A DNA stretch of 64,000 bases from Anthoceros angustus (lineage: Eukaryota; Plantae; Anthocerotophyta), in the NCBI GenBank assembly GCA_010909165.1, contig MU008216.1, positions 187,137-251,136 on the forward strand. Reading direction: 5' to 3'. The translations under genes were made by a program, and so were the position numbers. Below are positions 23,257 to 36,779 of this stretch, piece by piece. Under the pieces are notes generated by a model, which saw only the letters and a program-made list of their open reading frames with translations, was not told the origin of the DNA and did no database searches. Numbering within the stretch: position 1 is the first letter of the stretch; each line of letters starts with the position of its first letter.

Positions 23257-25072
23257 TGAGAATCATACACAAGCTCAAGCAATATGTGTTGTATTGATTC
23301 ATAATAGAATGTACATGCCTTTATGTAGGCAAGGTTGTTGTAACCGTTAAGTAGTTGTAACAACTAACCAATTAACTACTAAAAGAAACTACCTAGAGCC
23401 CTAAGGACTAATTAATTATTAAGTCCTAGGTGCCCTAGTGAAGAGTGCCCTAATAGTAAGCTATTTTATCACTCCCACTCACTATGAACTAGGGGTGATT
23501 TTCGACCAAAAGAGGTCTAGGAAAACTAGTCTAGTAAAACTAGTCCCTAACTAAACTTTACTTAAAGGCATAAAGTAAAACTTAAGGTAAAACTGAAAGT
23601 AATAATCACTATTAAAATAACTCCCACTTAAGGAGAACGAGATGAGAAACTAATAACCCAACTTCAAGAATAGGTGGAATTAAAACTAATTAAAAGTATT
23701 TAAGGATTTATATATAGAGGAAAATCCAGAAAATACCTAATTTCCGAAAAGGAAAATCAAAAGGATAATGGATAATACCCTTCTTCCTCAAACTTCACGA
23801 TCCCGACAACTTGGTGGTTGGTACATGTGAGGTGATGGCGAGGGTGGCTACCCAGAAGGCGCGCCCACGGAGGAGGCGCCAGGGGCGCCATCGCCGTCCG
23901 AGCCCCGCTGGCCCCTCCGCTCGCCGGCCGTAGGGCCGGCGCCTTCCGCGCCTCCGGCCCGGCCCTGCGGGGACGCCAGGCGCCGGCGCCCAAACAAGGA
24001 CAGAGGGCGCCCCTACCTGATGCATAGTCGTGTCCTGGGTGATGAAGAGTCTCGCCTCCAGCACTCGCCTTCCTGCGCCTTTTCAAAAGAAATCTCCGCA
24101 TTTGTCATTGATCCGACCTCATCCTCGGAGGATGAAGCGAAGATGCCTAAGGATCCTACAGGACGCGCCCAAAGAGGGAAAGCCCGAAAGTGTAAGATTG
24201 CGTCTTCATTTCGCCATATTTTCTCCGCCATGTCTTCATTTGTGAAGCAATTCGGATGTGCTCACCAAAGGGGAGAGCCCCTAGGTGATGAGGACGTGCC
24301 TCCCCTCTCAATGAATGATGCTCCGCAAAATGCCCACCTCCGCCAAAAGTGTTTGTAGGAAAGATTGCCCATCTTATGCTTCTAAGAAGAAGCTATGACA
24401 CAAGTGGATTACAAGGATGCTAACTTGATGGATAAGAGGTCAATGGTTGTGTGGTACGCAGATGGGTGGAGACGGCATGGGAGGATATGAAGGAAAAGAA
24501 AGGTGCAATATATTAAATAAGGGTTATCCGATTTAAGCATCCTAATTTCTATATGAGTTTTAGGATCTAATAACCTAGCATAAATTTTCTGCGCTTGATG
24601 CGTAAACACATTTTGTTTCCCTAAGTGTATTAAAGACAAAAACATGGGCTATTATAAGTGGAATTCTACCAAAAGGTGACCAGGAAAATAAAGTATACAT
24701 ACTCACCTTAGGTTTAAGTGAAAAGGGGAGATGTCCGGACTCCTATATATGTGAGGAAAACTACCATCCACATGATAAAAATAGCAAGTCTCCCATGTGA
24801 GGAATTTCCAGGACATATCAAACATATTTTCCGTAGGTGCCTTTGGTGCTAAGGGAATTTATTGTTTTAATCACATAAATACTGCTTAAATATTATTTTT
24901 ATTTTTAATATAAATATTCCAGGTTCTATGTTGGTCTATGAAGAGGAAGGGATGACCTAAGCTATTTTGAAATAGAAGAAGAAAAATTTTCAGAAAAAAT
25001 AGTAAGACAATAATTTTTGGGCTAAGATTTTAAGGTTATCTTAAATCGGCCCTAAGGCTGCTAGGGTGAGTA

Positions 25073-26871
25073 TTAGGCTAAAGGTTTGGACTGTGTATCC
25101 ACTATACCTAAACATTTCATGTGTTTCCTATGTAACTCGATTCCCAATGACTTTGTTAATAAATCAGCAACATTGTCTAAAGTTTGAACATAACTAATAT
25201 TTATAGTTTTATCTTCTAACTTTTCCCTTATGTAGTGATACTCAACAGCTATATGTTTTGTTCTAGAGTGAAAAACAGGATTTCGTGCAAGTGCAATGGC
25301 ACCCTGGCTATCACTAAACAAAGATGTAGGCTTAAGTTGAGGATGATGAAGTTCACTCAAAACTAACCTGGACCACACTATGTCTTTAGAACCGAGGTTA
25401 GTACCTGACTATTCGATTGACAAAGCTATAGTAGGTTGTTTCTTACTTGACCAGATATTGGTGCTCCTCCCAAGAGTAATACATACCGATCTGATTTCGT
25501 GTGTCGGTCAAAGATAGTCATCAAGATATGCCGTTAGAGTTAATGTGTTGATAGCTGGTGTATGCTTGAACCCAGTACATAGTGCCTTTAAGGTATCTAA
25601 TATACGCTTAACAGACATCCAAAGGCTCACGCCGTGTTCTCCAAGAATTGTGAGCATGAACTGACTTCAAAAGATATATTTGGTCTCGTAAAATTACATA
25701 AATATATTAGAGTGCCAACAGCATGTCGGTATGGAACTGCTGACATTTCTAGCTTTTCTTCAGTTGTTTTGGGACTCATATCTGAGGTAAGCCTAACACC
25801 ACTTGCAAAAGGTGTGGGTGCAGGCTTTGCATCCTCAAGTCCAAATTTAGCTAAACTCTCCTTAATATACTTGGTTTGAACTATACTTAGAGTCTTATTA
25901 CCTCTATTTCGTATAATATTAACACCAAGTGCATATGTCATTCTCCTAGATCGGACATCTCAAATAGAGTCCTAAGCCATGCTTTAGTTTCGGCTAGGAG
26001 GTGAGGGAGTTTGTTGCCATAAAAACATCATCAACATAAAGTAGAAGATAAAATATATCATTGCGGATATTAGGATGTACATACAAGCATCACCACGGCT
26101 TTGCTTAAATCCTCTCCCAATAAGTTGTACATGTATGGTTAAATTCCAATTCTTGCTGCTTAAGGCCATACAAACCTTTGATGAGTCGGCATACCCAATC
26201 TTCTTTGCCTTTGACTTAACCCTCGGGTTGTCTCATGTATATTTTCCTCTTGCAGCGCCCTTACAAATATCTTTGTCTTAACATCCATCATGTGGAGTTC
26301 AAGATCATGTTGGGCACATAAGGCAAATATCATTCAAGTGTGGCAAATTTGGCTCTTGGGGCATAAGTGGCCCAAGGTATGTAATCTAGACCAGAATTTG
26401 TGTAAAACCTCGGCTACTAGGTGCCTTTATACCTTTCTATAGAACCATCTCCTTTTCTTTTAATTTTAAATACCCATTTGCTGGTTACTATCTTCCTACC
26501 CCTAGGTGGTTTGACCAATTCCATGTAGAGTTATTAACTAGGGAATTATATTCATCTCTGACTACCTTCCATAAGTCTTTTCGAGAAGAGAAAGCTTGTT
26601 TTAAGGTAAGAGGTTCTTCCGGGTCTATAGTTGCCTTGTAGACTTTTGAGAATAAAGTGATATAGGGGTATAGGATCATCAAAACAGCTAGGTATCCTAA
26701 AGGAGGTTCCTTCCAACCTGCAGGACCTGAAATGGTAGGTCGGGATCTGAGGTTGTACCTTTGTGCAGGTGCATCATCCACAGGAGCGGGATCTACGACG
26801 GGATCTGCTGGCTCCATAATGTCATCCTCCAGAGGGTCATCAAACTCATCATCATGAGTGTCAACTGGCAC
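25073..26871 (-). mobile_element. Ty1/copia RT and RNase H, decayed
   Basis: DSQGAIALARNPVFHSRTKHIAVEYHYIRE..DNVADLLTKSL; LGVNIIR..QTKYI..VPYRHAVGTLIYL..TRPNIS; HHDLELHMMDVKT; FYVDD; EPLTLKQA. Confidence 0.93.
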
Positions 26872-27074
26872 TTAAAGAGAACCCTAAAACGTATTACCTT
26901 AAATTACTATTAGGGTTAGGTAGACTCATAATCAGTTATTAGTTATATAACCGTTCCTCGTGTTATGTAAACATTCTCTCTTGTAAATAACTGTCACTTT
27001 TTCCTTGCATTACCTTTGTTCTCCTCAGTCACCACGCCGTGCGCTATCCAGGATCGCTTTATGGTATCACAGCC
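26870..27074 (+). mobile_element. Copia LTR remnant followed by tRNA-iMet PBS (27062-27074)
   Basis: TGGTATCACAGCC, one mismatch to the canonical TGGTATCAGAGCC. Confidence 0.7.
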
Positions 27075-29030
27075 ATGTATTTGGCGATTGCGCTTAATCC
27101 CTGCAGGCAGTGGTGATACCTGGCCAATGTCACAAGGTCAGATATGCCGAAGCGCAGGGTTCTGACGCAAGTGTCAGGTAGAGGAGCTGCAGGAAGGAGG
27201 ATTGCCTCACCTGCAATCCATCAGGAATTCATTTGTCTCGACTGTCGTGAGGCAGAAACTCATCCCTGCTCCCGACAGCCTGCTACCCCTCGCTCATGCG
27301 CCTTCGTTGAAAATGTCTCTTGCGCCGATCGAAGACTTTCTTCCAACAATCGGCGCACGGATCCGGTGAGAGTTATCGATCCTTCCTTGAGAGATCGCGG
27401 CCATGTATCAGCAGCGAGTTGGATTCGGCATACTCCCATATCAGCAGGCTTCAGGATCTGTTCGACGGCCTCAACGATACCATCAAACAGATGCACATTA
27501 TGTGCGAGACCCACAACGCCTTCGAGGCTACCAGAATGAAGAAGGCATCATTCAACGCTCTTGGCCTGAGCCACCATTGCTGACAGCTTGCGTGCAGGGA
27601 TGCAATCAAATCCTGACGATGATGACAATCTTGATATCGACGATGCCGGCTCAGTGGGTCCTTCCTCCGATTCTGATGGTGCAACCTTGGAGGAGCCTCC
27701 AATCGCGCGCATCGGTTCAACAGCGGCCTGGCCATCACCGGACAAGGAAATGGCAACCCTATTCCATATCCGCCAGAACCTCTACTATGTCTCTACTGCC
27801 CCTTCCGGTACCTCAAGATAGACTTTATGATTGTGACCGTTTAACGGCACTAATCTCTCAGACAAGGCTTACAGAGATATTGGAGGAGAGTGAACGATGG
27901 GAGTTGTTGATGGATCGAGCACGTGCACTAACTCCATGTACGAGATGTTCTAGCTTTTCTTCAGTTTTGGGACTCATATCTCGAGGTAAGCCTAACACCA
28001 CTTGCAAAAGGTGTGGGTGCAGCTTTGCATCCTCAAGTCCAAATTTAGCTAAACTCTCCTTAATATACTTGGTTTGAACTATACTTAGAGTCTTATTACC
28101 TCTATTTCGTATAATATTAACACCAAGTGCATATGTCATTTCTCCTAGATCGGACATCTCAAATAGAGTCCTAAGCCATGCTTTAGTTTCGCTAGGAGAG
28201 TGAGGGAGTTTGTTGCCATAAAAACATCATCAACATAAAGTAGAAGATAAAATATATCATTGCGGATATTAGGATGTACATACAAGCATCACCGGCTTTG
28301 CTTAAATCCTCTCCCAATAAGTTGTACATGTATGGTTAAATTCCAATTGCCCGACCGCTTAAGGCCATACAAACCTTTGATGAGTCGGCATACCCAATCT
28401 TCTTTGCCTTTGACTTCAGAACCTCGGGTTGTCTCATGTATATTTCCTCTTGCAGCGCCATACAAATATCTTGTCTTAACATCCATCATGTGGAGTTCAA
28501 GATCATGTTGGGCACATAAGGCAAATATCATTCAAGTGTGGCAAATTTGGCTCTTGGGGCATAAGTGGCCCAAGGTATGTAATCTAGACCAGAATTTGTG
28601 TAAACCTACTACTAGGCATATACCTTTCTATAGAACCATGATGCCTCACACTCGGCGACTCTGCAATGTGGAGTAATTTTATGATGATATACAAGGACAA
28701 GAGCTCAGCCTCTTAAATACATTCCTTTCGAGACTTTTTCTATCTGCGCATGAAGGAGAATGAGTCTGTGGAATCTTATATCAACAAGTTTAGGACTGCC
28801 CGTGCAAACCTTGCCTACTGTGGCACTATCCTTACTGGAGTTCAAGCATCTGTTGGACTGTTGGCATCCTTGCCAGAGAGCTACTCTCAATTTTCAAGCT
28901 CACGTATCGCAGGGCAAGACCAGTCACAGTGGGCAATGTCCCCAACTTGACCCTCGAGGAGGTTTTCGGAGCCTTGCTTGCTGAAGAGCGTACTAGAGGC
29001 CTTCACAAGTCGAAGGGCCAGAACTCCAAC
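27075..29030. mobile_element. Scrambled copia pieces: leader and gag start (+, 27075-27930), RT duplicate (-, 27930-28630), gag duplicate (+, 28630-29030)
   Basis: Pieces match 29030-29750, 25750-26420 and 29840-30240 respectively, with small indels. Confidence 0.8.
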
Positions 29031-30630
29031 GAATTCATTTGTCTCGATCGTGAGGCGTAAACTCATCCCCCTCCCGACGCTACCCTCGCTCATGCGCCTT
29101 CGTTGAAAATGTCTCTTGCGCCGATCGAAGACTTTCTTCCAACAATCGGCGCACGGATCCGGTGAGAGTTATCGATCCCTTCCTTGTGAGATCGCGGCCA
29201 TGTATCAGCAGCGAGTTGGATTCGGCATACTCCCATATCAGCCAGCCGGGATCGCTCGACGGCCTCAACGATACCATCAAACGATGCACATTATGTGCGA
29301 GACCCACAACGCGCCGAGGCTACCGTAATGAAGAAGGCATCATTCAACGCTCTTGGCCTGAGCCACCATTGCTGACAGCTTGCGTGCAGGGATGCAATCA
29401 AATCCTGACGATGATGACAATCTTGATATCGACGATGCCGGCTCAGTGGGTCCTTCCTCCGATTCTGATGGTGCAACCTTGGAGGAGCAGCCTCCAACTG
29501 CGCCACTGGTTCAACAATAGCAGCCAGGGCCATCAGCTGGACAAGGAAATGGCAACCCTATTCCATATCCAGTTGTGAACCCTGCTACTATGTCTCAGTC
29601 GGCTGCACCCCTTCCTGGTACCCTGAAGATAGACTTTAAGGATTGTGACCGTTTCAACGGCACTAACTACTCTGTATGGGCAATAAGGCTTACAGAGATA
29701 TTGGAGGAGAGTGAACTGATGGGAGTTGTTGATGGGACTGAGCAGTCGCCAGTACCAACTCCACAGAATGCTGCAGATGTTCTAGCTTGGAAGCGGAAGG
29801 ACAGGCGTGCACGTTCCATCATCATTGCTTCTCTGGATAGAACCATGATGCCTCACACTCTCGGTGCAGACACCTCTGCAGCTGTGTGGAGTAATTTTAT
29901 GATGATATACAAGGACAAGAGCTCAGCCTCTTAAATACATTCCTTTCGAGACTTTTCTATCTCGCGCATGAAGGAGAAGTCGTGGAATCTTATATCAACA
30001 AGTTTAGGACTGCCGTGCAACCTTGCCTATCGTGGCACTATCCTTCGGAGTTCAAGCATGTCATGGACTGTTGGCATCCTTGCCGAGAGCTACTCTCAAT
30101 TTTCAAGCTCACAGTACTCGTTAGGGCAAGACCGCAGTCACAGCAATGTCCCCAACTTGACCCTCGAGGAGGTTTTCGGAGCCTTGCTTGCTGAAGAGCG
30201 TACTAGAGGCCTTCACAAGTCGAAGGGCCAGAACTCCAACAGCAACAGAGTCCTTTTCTCATCGAGTGGTAGAGGCAGCTGGCGTGGAAGAGGTGGTCGA
30301 GGAAGAGGTTCGTCTTCGACTGTAAGACAACCCAATTTGCAACGCAAGACATTCACTTGCAACTGGTGCAAGATAGCAGGTCACTATGAGCATGACTGCC
30401 GGAAGAAGCGGGCTGGTGAGCCCAGGAGATCTAGAGATGCACCACAAGCAGAGCCCAATGTGATCTCAACCAAGACCACTTCGACCACCAAAGCCCCAAC
30501 CATTCTTGCTGTTTGTCTTTCATCGATTCAAATTCAAACGGACATGTGGTTTTTAGACTCTGGGGCTACTAGCCACATTTGTTTTGATAGGATAGCCTTT
30601 CATATTTTCGTGCATTCCACTGATGATAGA
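29030..30630 (+). mobile_element. Copia leader, gag (zinc knuckle) and protease; interrupted at 30631
   Basis: DRFNGTNYSVWAIRLTEILEE; LTLEEVFGALLAEE; CNWCKIAGHYEHDC; WFLDSGATSHIC. Confidence 0.93.
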
Positions 30631-33600
30631 TGTGGGAGGAAAACCCCGGGGCTTCCGAGGTTCCCCCTCTAGTGGCCACACTTATCCCACTGTCGCTTTG
30701 TACGTTGGGTTTCGTCCCATGAGACTTGTGTGAACGATCGGATTCTGGAGAAACAATCGCTACTTGCAGCAACACACTACCTCAGCCTTCTAAACAAGCA
30801 AGGCGCCCACTACTCTCCCTCTTACAGCAGCTGCACCACTTGCACTGCTTCAAAAACTCAACGATCCTCGACCTACAACGATACCACAAAATTGCAGGTC
30901 ATGCCTTAGCAGCAAGGAGTCTATCACGGGCGCCCAAGGACCCCCTGACCCACACCGCAATTTCGTCCCTACTTCTAAGACCAATCTTCTCTACTCAGGG
31001 AGCGCCCTCTTACTTGCAGATTTGGGATTCGCTCCTTAGGCTCCGCTTGTGGCCATCCACTATTACCTACACTCTAATCCTCTACTCATCATCCACTCAT
31101 CATCCTCCTCAATGCTCAACTCATCTCCTCATTCTCCCCCTATTCTAACCTCAATTCAGGCTCACTGGCCTCGGCTCGCCCTTACGGCACAATTGCCTGG
31201 GGTCCACCTACAAGCCAGCAAGTTCTTCCTTGGGCCGGTTGCTATGAGTTTGACACCCGACAGCGAGAACCTCCAGGGAGTCTTTCCCTGTAGTCTACCC
31301 TCAAGCCGAGAGTTCCTTGGGCATCGCCACACACCCAAAGCAAAGCAATTTCACAGCAACCATTCACAAGGGGAGCAACTTGTCGAGGCGCTCGCACGGA
31401 GCAGGCCCTCTACCAAGCACTCCGACCACCGCAAACTTCCTTTCTACCAGATGTTGCATTGGCTTGCAGCCGGCACGAAATTCCTCTACAAGGGGCAAAG
31501 GACTCGCGAGTATGGAAGCGCAAGACGTGATACTTTACTTAGTGAAATCCTCCTCCTCTTATAGGAGGACCTCTACATACAACCTCCCTTAGGTGTGCCT
31601 GCTGCAGGCCACCTTTTCCAATATTTTATTATTTCCTCACGATTTAAGTCCTGCATCTAAGTTCATCGCCAATCCTAGGTAAAATTCTATTCTAGCAATT
31701 TTCACCTATGGCCATTCTTAAATAAGTCTACACCATCATCTCCTTCCTGTTCCCAAAGTATGGTCATTGACCACCATTTATCCTTATCTTCAAGCGGCGG
31801 CGTCTTCTCTCAACATTGGCTCCCTCGCCCTCTTTTTGCTCCTGTCCCCTCCCAGCTTCTGTCTTCTTCCTGGCTTGTGGGGCAAGTACCTTTCTGCCCC
31901 TTCTTCCCGCTCCGCGAGGCGGCGCTCTGATCCTTCGCACCCTTCAGGCAATTGCGCCCCTCCCTTGTTCACAAATGGCCCCGCTTCCAGCTCCCTCTGG
32001 AGGCCGCGCTCCTTCAAAAGGGCACCCTACCGCGGTAGTTTGGCAGCCTACCGGGGTAGGTTGACCACCTACCATGGTAGGTTGGTCCCTTTCCCTTGCT
32101 CTTCTTATAAATTGTAATAGCGGAAGCGTTTGCAAGTAAACAAAATGCAAATTAAATTATGAGTACACAAAATTGTCTTAAATGGTGGGTATTGCCTTGG
32201 TACCATTCTTAAACCGCACAATTTTCACAAAGCAAAGGACTGGAGGATGGGAGCGCAAGACACGATAATTTTACTTCACAAGCTCCCTCCTTCTATAGGG
32301 AGGACCTCACATACAACCTCCCCCTGGCGCGCCTTCCTGATGCTGCCTCACTCCTTATTTTAGTGTATCCTACTGTCGGACTTTAAGTTCTGACATTGAA
32401 GCATCTTTGGTAAAATTCTATTCTAGCAACCTCACCTACGTGAGCCTTAATGGCGCCTGTCAACATTCCTATCTAGCTAGTCAACACACCCCTACTGGGT
32501 TGATAAGCATTTATGCCTGTCCTCCTCTAAAGAAAGTCTCCCCCCAAGCAATGAGCCCACACTCCAAGCTACCACCAACCCTTCACCTCCGGCGTCACGC
32601 CACGACCTGGTGTGATCCTACGGATGTAGGGCCACCCTCCTCCTACGGACGTGGGGTCAACTCCACACCTCCTCACGGACGAGGGTCAACTTCTCCCTAC
32701 CTGAGGGGTCAACTTCTTATGGCCCACCGCCTCACACTCCTTTGCAAGAAGGTCTCCCGTGAGCGGATCTTGCTCCATGCCTTCCTCTTCCTCCTCAGTC
32801 ATCCTCACGGCCTTATATGCCGGATGTGTTGGGGCATCCAAAGACCGATGGTCCTTGCATCCCTATTTTCCAGTTGCTCAAGTTCCTGCCGTGGCATAGT
32901 GAATTTTATAAATCATTCCTCTATCATCTCCAAGTTGACATAGGCACAATGGCAGCCATACACCCATTGCAATTGTACGTTGGGCTCTCCAGCAAACCGT
33001 CTGAATGTCACCAAGTGCCTAGCCTTCACCTGTGCAGGGAAGCAATTAAATTCGGGCATTGTACCTCTTCTCCTGGCTCCTTGCTCTTCACTCCACAGTC
33101 CCACCTAGCTCAAACTTGATGTCCTCATAGCATACAACTCCTTATGCGCCCAAATCCCTCACTTGCAAGGTCCTAGGCACAAAAATTCAGCGCCGCTGCC
33201 CTCTTCATAGTTGTGCTTCAAATCCCTTCACACAAAACTCCTTATGCACCTGTCCCTCCCGCCTCTTCTTCCCGGCTTGTGGGCAAGTACCTTTCGCCTT
33301 CTTCCTCAGGCGGCGCCCGATCCTTCGCACCCAGACTTGCGCCTCCCTTGTTCACAATGGCCCTGGCCTCCTCCTGAGGCCGCTCCTTCAAAGGGCACCC
33401 TACGCGGTAGTTTGGCAGCCTACCGGGGTAGGTTGACCACCTACCATGGTAGGTTGGTCCCTTTCCCTTGCTCTTCTTATAAATTGTAATAGCGGAAGCG
33501 TTTGCAAGTAAACAAAATGCAAATTAAATTATGAGTACACAAAATTGTCTTAAATGGTGGGTATTGTGCCCCTTGGGTAATTAAGGCTTGCAGCCGGCAC

Positions 33601-35100
33601 GAAATTCCTGCACACAAAGCAAAGGACTCGGGAGGATGGGAGCGCAAGACACGATAATTTTACTTCACAAGCTCCCTCCTTCTATAGGGAGGACCTCACA
33701 TACAACCTCCCCACAGCGCGCCTCCCGGTCGCCACTCCTTATTTTAGTGTATCCCTCTGCCGGACTTTAAGTTCGACATTGAAGCATCTTTGGTAAAATT
33801 CTATTCTAGCAACCTCACCTCGTGAGCCTTAATGCGCTCACATTCCTATCTAGCTAGTCAACACCCTCTGGGTTGATAAGCATTTATGTCCTCCTCTAAA
33901 GAAAGTCTCCCCAAGCAATGAGCCCACACTCCAAGCTACCACCAACCCTTCAATTACCTCCGGCGTCTGCCGTCGCCGCCTGGTGATCCTACGGATGTAG
34001 GGCCACCCTCTACACCTCCTACGGACGTAGGGTCAACTTCTTACACCTCCTACGGACGTAGGGTCAACTTCTTATACCTCCTACGGACGTAGGGTCAACT
34101 TCTTATGGCCCTACCGCCTCCACACTCTCCACTGCAAGAAGGTCTCCCGTGAGCGGATCTTGCTCCATGCCTTCCTCTTCCTCCTCCGAGTCATCCTCTA
34201 CGGCCTTCCATACACCTTGATGTGTTGGGGCATCCGGCCACAGATCATCCTTGCATCCCTATTTTCCAGTTGCTCAAGTTCCTGCCGTGGCATAGTGAAT
34301 TTTATAAATCATTCCTCTATCATCTCCAAGTTGACATAGGCACAATGGCCGTGACCCATACATTGCAATTATCGTTGGGCTCTCCGGCCGTCGAATGTCA
34401 CCAAGTGCCTAGCCTTCACCATGCGGAAGCAATTAAATTCGGGCATTGTACCTCTTCTCCCGGCTCCTTGCTCTTCACTCCACAGTCCCACCTAGCTCAA
34501 ACTTGATGTCCTCATAGCATACAACTCCTTATGCTTCGTCCCTCACTTGCAAGGTCCTAGGCACAAAAATTCAGCCGCCCTCTTCATAGTTGTGCTTCAA
34601 ATCCTTCACACACCTTATGCACCCACAACTCCTTATGCACATCTCCTTCTCCTTGCACACACATGGGCACCGCGTTCTCACCAAGCTTTCCCTTGCATGC
34701 ACAAGCTCTTCCCTGATTCCTCGCAGGCTTCCTAGGTGTCACTCCCTACACACCCCAGCTTGCATGGCCCTTTGGTAGTGACAGTGAAACTCCTTGATAT
34801 AGGCCGTTGATTCCTTGCCATGTGGCACCATTTCCACCGTCCTCTGCCTACGTAGGGAGACCTCACCACTCCCTACGGTAGGGAGACACTCTCATTCTAC
34901 CTACCTACCTACCTAGTTACCGCTCGTAGGGAGTCCCTGCTACCCTACATCCTACCCATGTAGGGCCACCCTGGTCACCCTACATACTACCTGCATCTTT
35001 GTCCCCTACTTATGGACACGCACCGTCCCCTACTTACATTCATACATGTAGGGACCCCTGCCCTACCTATGTAGGGTCATCCTTGTTACCCTACGGGATC
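30631..35100 (-). mobile_element. Unclassified LTR-type element (terminal/3' region) inserted in the copia protease; ~1.4-kb internal tandem duplication
   Basis: TG/CA terminus shared with 23107. 31830-33200 is repeated at 33250-34600. 32-bp tandem repeats at 34000-34105. No RT or integrase motifs recognised. Confidence 0.55.
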
Positions 35101-35107
35101 TTGCGAA

Positions 35108-36340
35108 GTGGCAGGCATTCCTTCCCATCGCTTTTGGGGGCACTGGTTTGCTGGCCACGGAGGCCTCCGCGCTACCGGCTTTCTTAGGGAGCTAGGCTCT
35201 CTCTGCCCCCATCTTGTCCTCCCGTTTCTAATTCGGCATTCACATATCCTGGAGGCTTTTGTCGCGGGCGTTGAGGAGGGGACTTTTCCCATGCAGGCCT
35301 CATTAAGATTAGCCAGGGACCCTTTATCCTCCGAGGCGAGGGCTGCCATGCCGTCTTTTTCCTCGCTTTCTAAGGTTGGGCTCCGGGGGCTTCAAGCGTC
35401 CCTCCTGGAGAAACAATACGGGCAGGCGCAATTGGCCCTTCTCCGGGATTCTTTCATTCCTAGGCCCACTCGGGCTCGTCTCTGCTCTTGCTCAAGAAAG
35501 GGGGCAGGTTCCTGGCTTCTGGCTCGACCTAGTATTTAGGCGTTCCGCATTGCACTAGCAACTTTTTCCACCGCGATGTGTTTTCTCCTTGGCTTGGTCC
35601 ATCCTCTAGCTTGCTCTCTTTCAACTTGTAGCTGCGGGGCCCCTCTCGCTGACTTTGGGACGCACTTGGCTCATTTGTCCTAAGCGTATCGCTACACATG
35701 ACACCGTCCAGGACGTCATGTTCTTTATTGCTAGGGAAGGCGGGTTCCTTCCATTTAGGGAGCGCCCTTACACCTTGCTCAACGGGGTTTCGCTTAGGGC
35801 AGACTTATTTTTGACCTGGGGGGATCAGGTTTCGGTTGCTGATGTGGTTGTAACCGATCCCACCTGGGAGAGTGTCTGCGAACATGTTATTCTTAACCCT
35901 GCAGGTTGGGCGGCGGAGGGATGCACGATGGCCAAGGTCCACAAGTACTCTCCTATGCGGCCACGCCTTCGTCCCCCTTGCCATTGAGACTCACGGAGCC
36001 ATGGGCAAGGATTTCTCTAGGTTCGTCAAGGCCTGCGCCAAGGCTTGTCATAGCTGCAGGAATGGGGTTGGCCTCCCCCTTTCTTGTATTGTTGCTTTCT
36101 TCCGACAGAGGGTTTCCGTCGCTCTGCAAAGGGCGTTGGCTAACACAGTGTATAGAACGACAACGAGCGCGGGAGATGAAGCAGCTTCTTCGACACTTGT
36201 GGTAAGTAGACCTTTTCACATCCCTGACCACGAAGTTCTTCGGGTGGTTGGTAGTTTTGAAGTGCGTGATCGTGGGGGCTAGTCCCCCTGGCATGGTGCC
36301 CTTCTCTGGGTTTTTCCCATCTCTTTTTTATAATAAAGTC
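35108..36340 (+). mobile_element. 5'-truncated CRE-like non-LTR retrotransposon (RT thumb, CCHC, RLE)
   Basis: GAGSWLLARP; C.C..GTHLAHC..RIATHDTVQD; RADLFL..ADVVVTDPT..AKVHKY..FVPLAIETHGAMG..FRQRVSVALQR. Confidence 0.9.
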
Positions 36341-36779
36341 TTCTTTTCCCTTTCCGATATCCAGATTCATAATTAAGTACCAGTGCTGAGTGCTCTGGGC
36401 GCTCATCGGGAAAAAGGCCATCACTCTAGTCCTGTGATAGCCACTGGGTGAGAGCACAGAGCACGTCTCTCGATGCAATGCAGGCACCTGTTGACACATA
36501 TTGGATCACCTTCGTAACGTCTTCTCATGAGACGGACCATGTCTGCAATCCCCACATTCAGACAGCTCTAGCCTCCATAATTGTGCAGCGCCCTTCCAAG
36601 TGCCTGATGTACAAGATTCTCCGTAGACTAAATGTTCCAATTTGAAGTACTCGTGTTTGCAACAAGTGACTATGCATTTCTGCTGCTGAAAAGACGGGCA
36701 TTGTCCAATGTCCTGCACTCTCCCCCCTGTCCCGAGCCCCCTGCGATGCAGATCTTCACGCTCCTGGTTTGAAGCTTTG

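Noticed and set aside
23480-25060. Autonomous partner of the 21192-21548 MITE
   Set aside because: Only short shared motifs; no second TIR and no recognisable transposase. The GC-rich ORFs at 23757-24358 are unassigned.
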